In this document: one piece after another, positions 7,501 to 7,838 of the stretch | How the letters are laid out: the number at the start of each line of letters is the position of its first letter | Numbering within the stretch: the first letter of the stretch is position 1 | Source: Selaginella moellendorffii | Lineage: Eukaryota > Plantae > Lycopodiophyta | Direction of reading: 5' to 3' | Assembly: GCF_000143415.4 (NCBI RefSeq) | Contig: NW_003314667.1 | Coordinates: forward strand, 1-7,838 | DNA length: 7,838 nt | Made by a program: the position numbers and the translations under genes | The notes under the pieces: generated by a model | The model's database searches: none | Told to the model about the DNA's origin: nothing | What the model saw: the letters and a program-made list of their open reading frames with translations, nothing else

Positions 7501-7838
7501 ATACTCTAGAAACACTTAATCTGCATGACAGGCACAAGAGATTCGAGTGGCAGCTGAGAAATATCAGAAGCAAATAGAGGAGGCTGAGGCTGAGTTTGAA
7601 GAGGAGCGCAGAAGGTTCAGGCGTGAGCAGGATGAAACACGAGTTGTAGTCGTTCAGCAACAAAATGCTTTAGTAATGGCTCATCAGCACGCTCTTGAGG
7701 TATTTCCTGTTGCTTTTCAGAATTTCCTTGTATGTAACGCATTGGAAAAACACAGGCTCAAATGAAAAAGGCAGAGGTTGAGGTGACTCAACTCAAAGAA
7801 ACTCATGCGAGGGAGATGGCTATTGCTGTGTCTCGGTC
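4508..7838 (+). CDS. Long coiled-coil protein, FAM184-like; 24 exons in window, partial at both ends (about 671 aa)
   Basis: Exons: 4508-4543, 4622-4666, 4727-4791, 4859-4943, 4994-5029, 5092-5229, 5288-5329, 5377-5448, 5505-5639, 5723-5779, 5846-5901, 5965-6004, 6055-6147, 6208-6270, 6316-6429, 6476-6574, 6633-6740, 6794-6898, 6947-7033, 7086-7213, 7264-7381, 7441-7482, 7532-7699, 7756->7838. All 23 introns are GT-AG, 45-83 nt and mostly T-rich. Joining the exons gives 2015 nt with no stop: RVEGDHIKAAAEAVRFEAENELNAYKKTSQERQEALEATHNQKMELVEGNMALTRETLDK...AQMKKAEVEVTQLKETHAREMAIAVSR. The protein is E/K/L/Q/R-rich with no proline, typical of coiled coil. The gene structure is high confidence; the FAM184 assignment is moderate. 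Confidence 0.9.

Noticed and set aside
4508-7838. Regular alternation of purine-rich and T-rich blocks resembling an array or a fragmented pseudogene
   Set aside because: No repeated unit is present; the pattern is fully explained by exons and GT-AG introns that splice into one open frame. There is no evidence for CRISPR, stop-codon recoding or a prokaryotic system.

Overview
Eukaryotic plant genomic DNA, not prokaryotic. The very short GT-AG introns (mostly 45-67 nt) and tight gene packing suggest a compact non-flowering land-plant genome such as Selaginella (inference). The six-frame ORF track misses two of the three genes because they are spliced. (1) 1-1860 (+): 5'-truncated, uninterrupted ORF for an ankyrin-repeat + PGG-domain membrane protein (ACD6/ITN1-like architecture), with a sharp internal CpG desert. 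(2) 4054->3216 (-): 6-exon gene for a plant COPI-associated/TVP15-type membrane protein with two apparent inactivating lesions, a 1-nt frameshift and a lost splice donor. Downstream on the same strand is a run of apparently non-coding, spliced-looking exons (about 3135->2392) heading antisense toward gene 1. (3) An assembly gap of 453 N (4055-4507). (4) 4508-7838 (+): 24 exons and 23 micro-introns that splice into one open frame of about 671 aa of coiled coil resembling FAM184, truncated at both ends. Genes 2 and 3 are head-to-head with both starts inside the gap. I found no convincing new multi-gene system. Family assignments rest on recalled motifs and need database confirmation.
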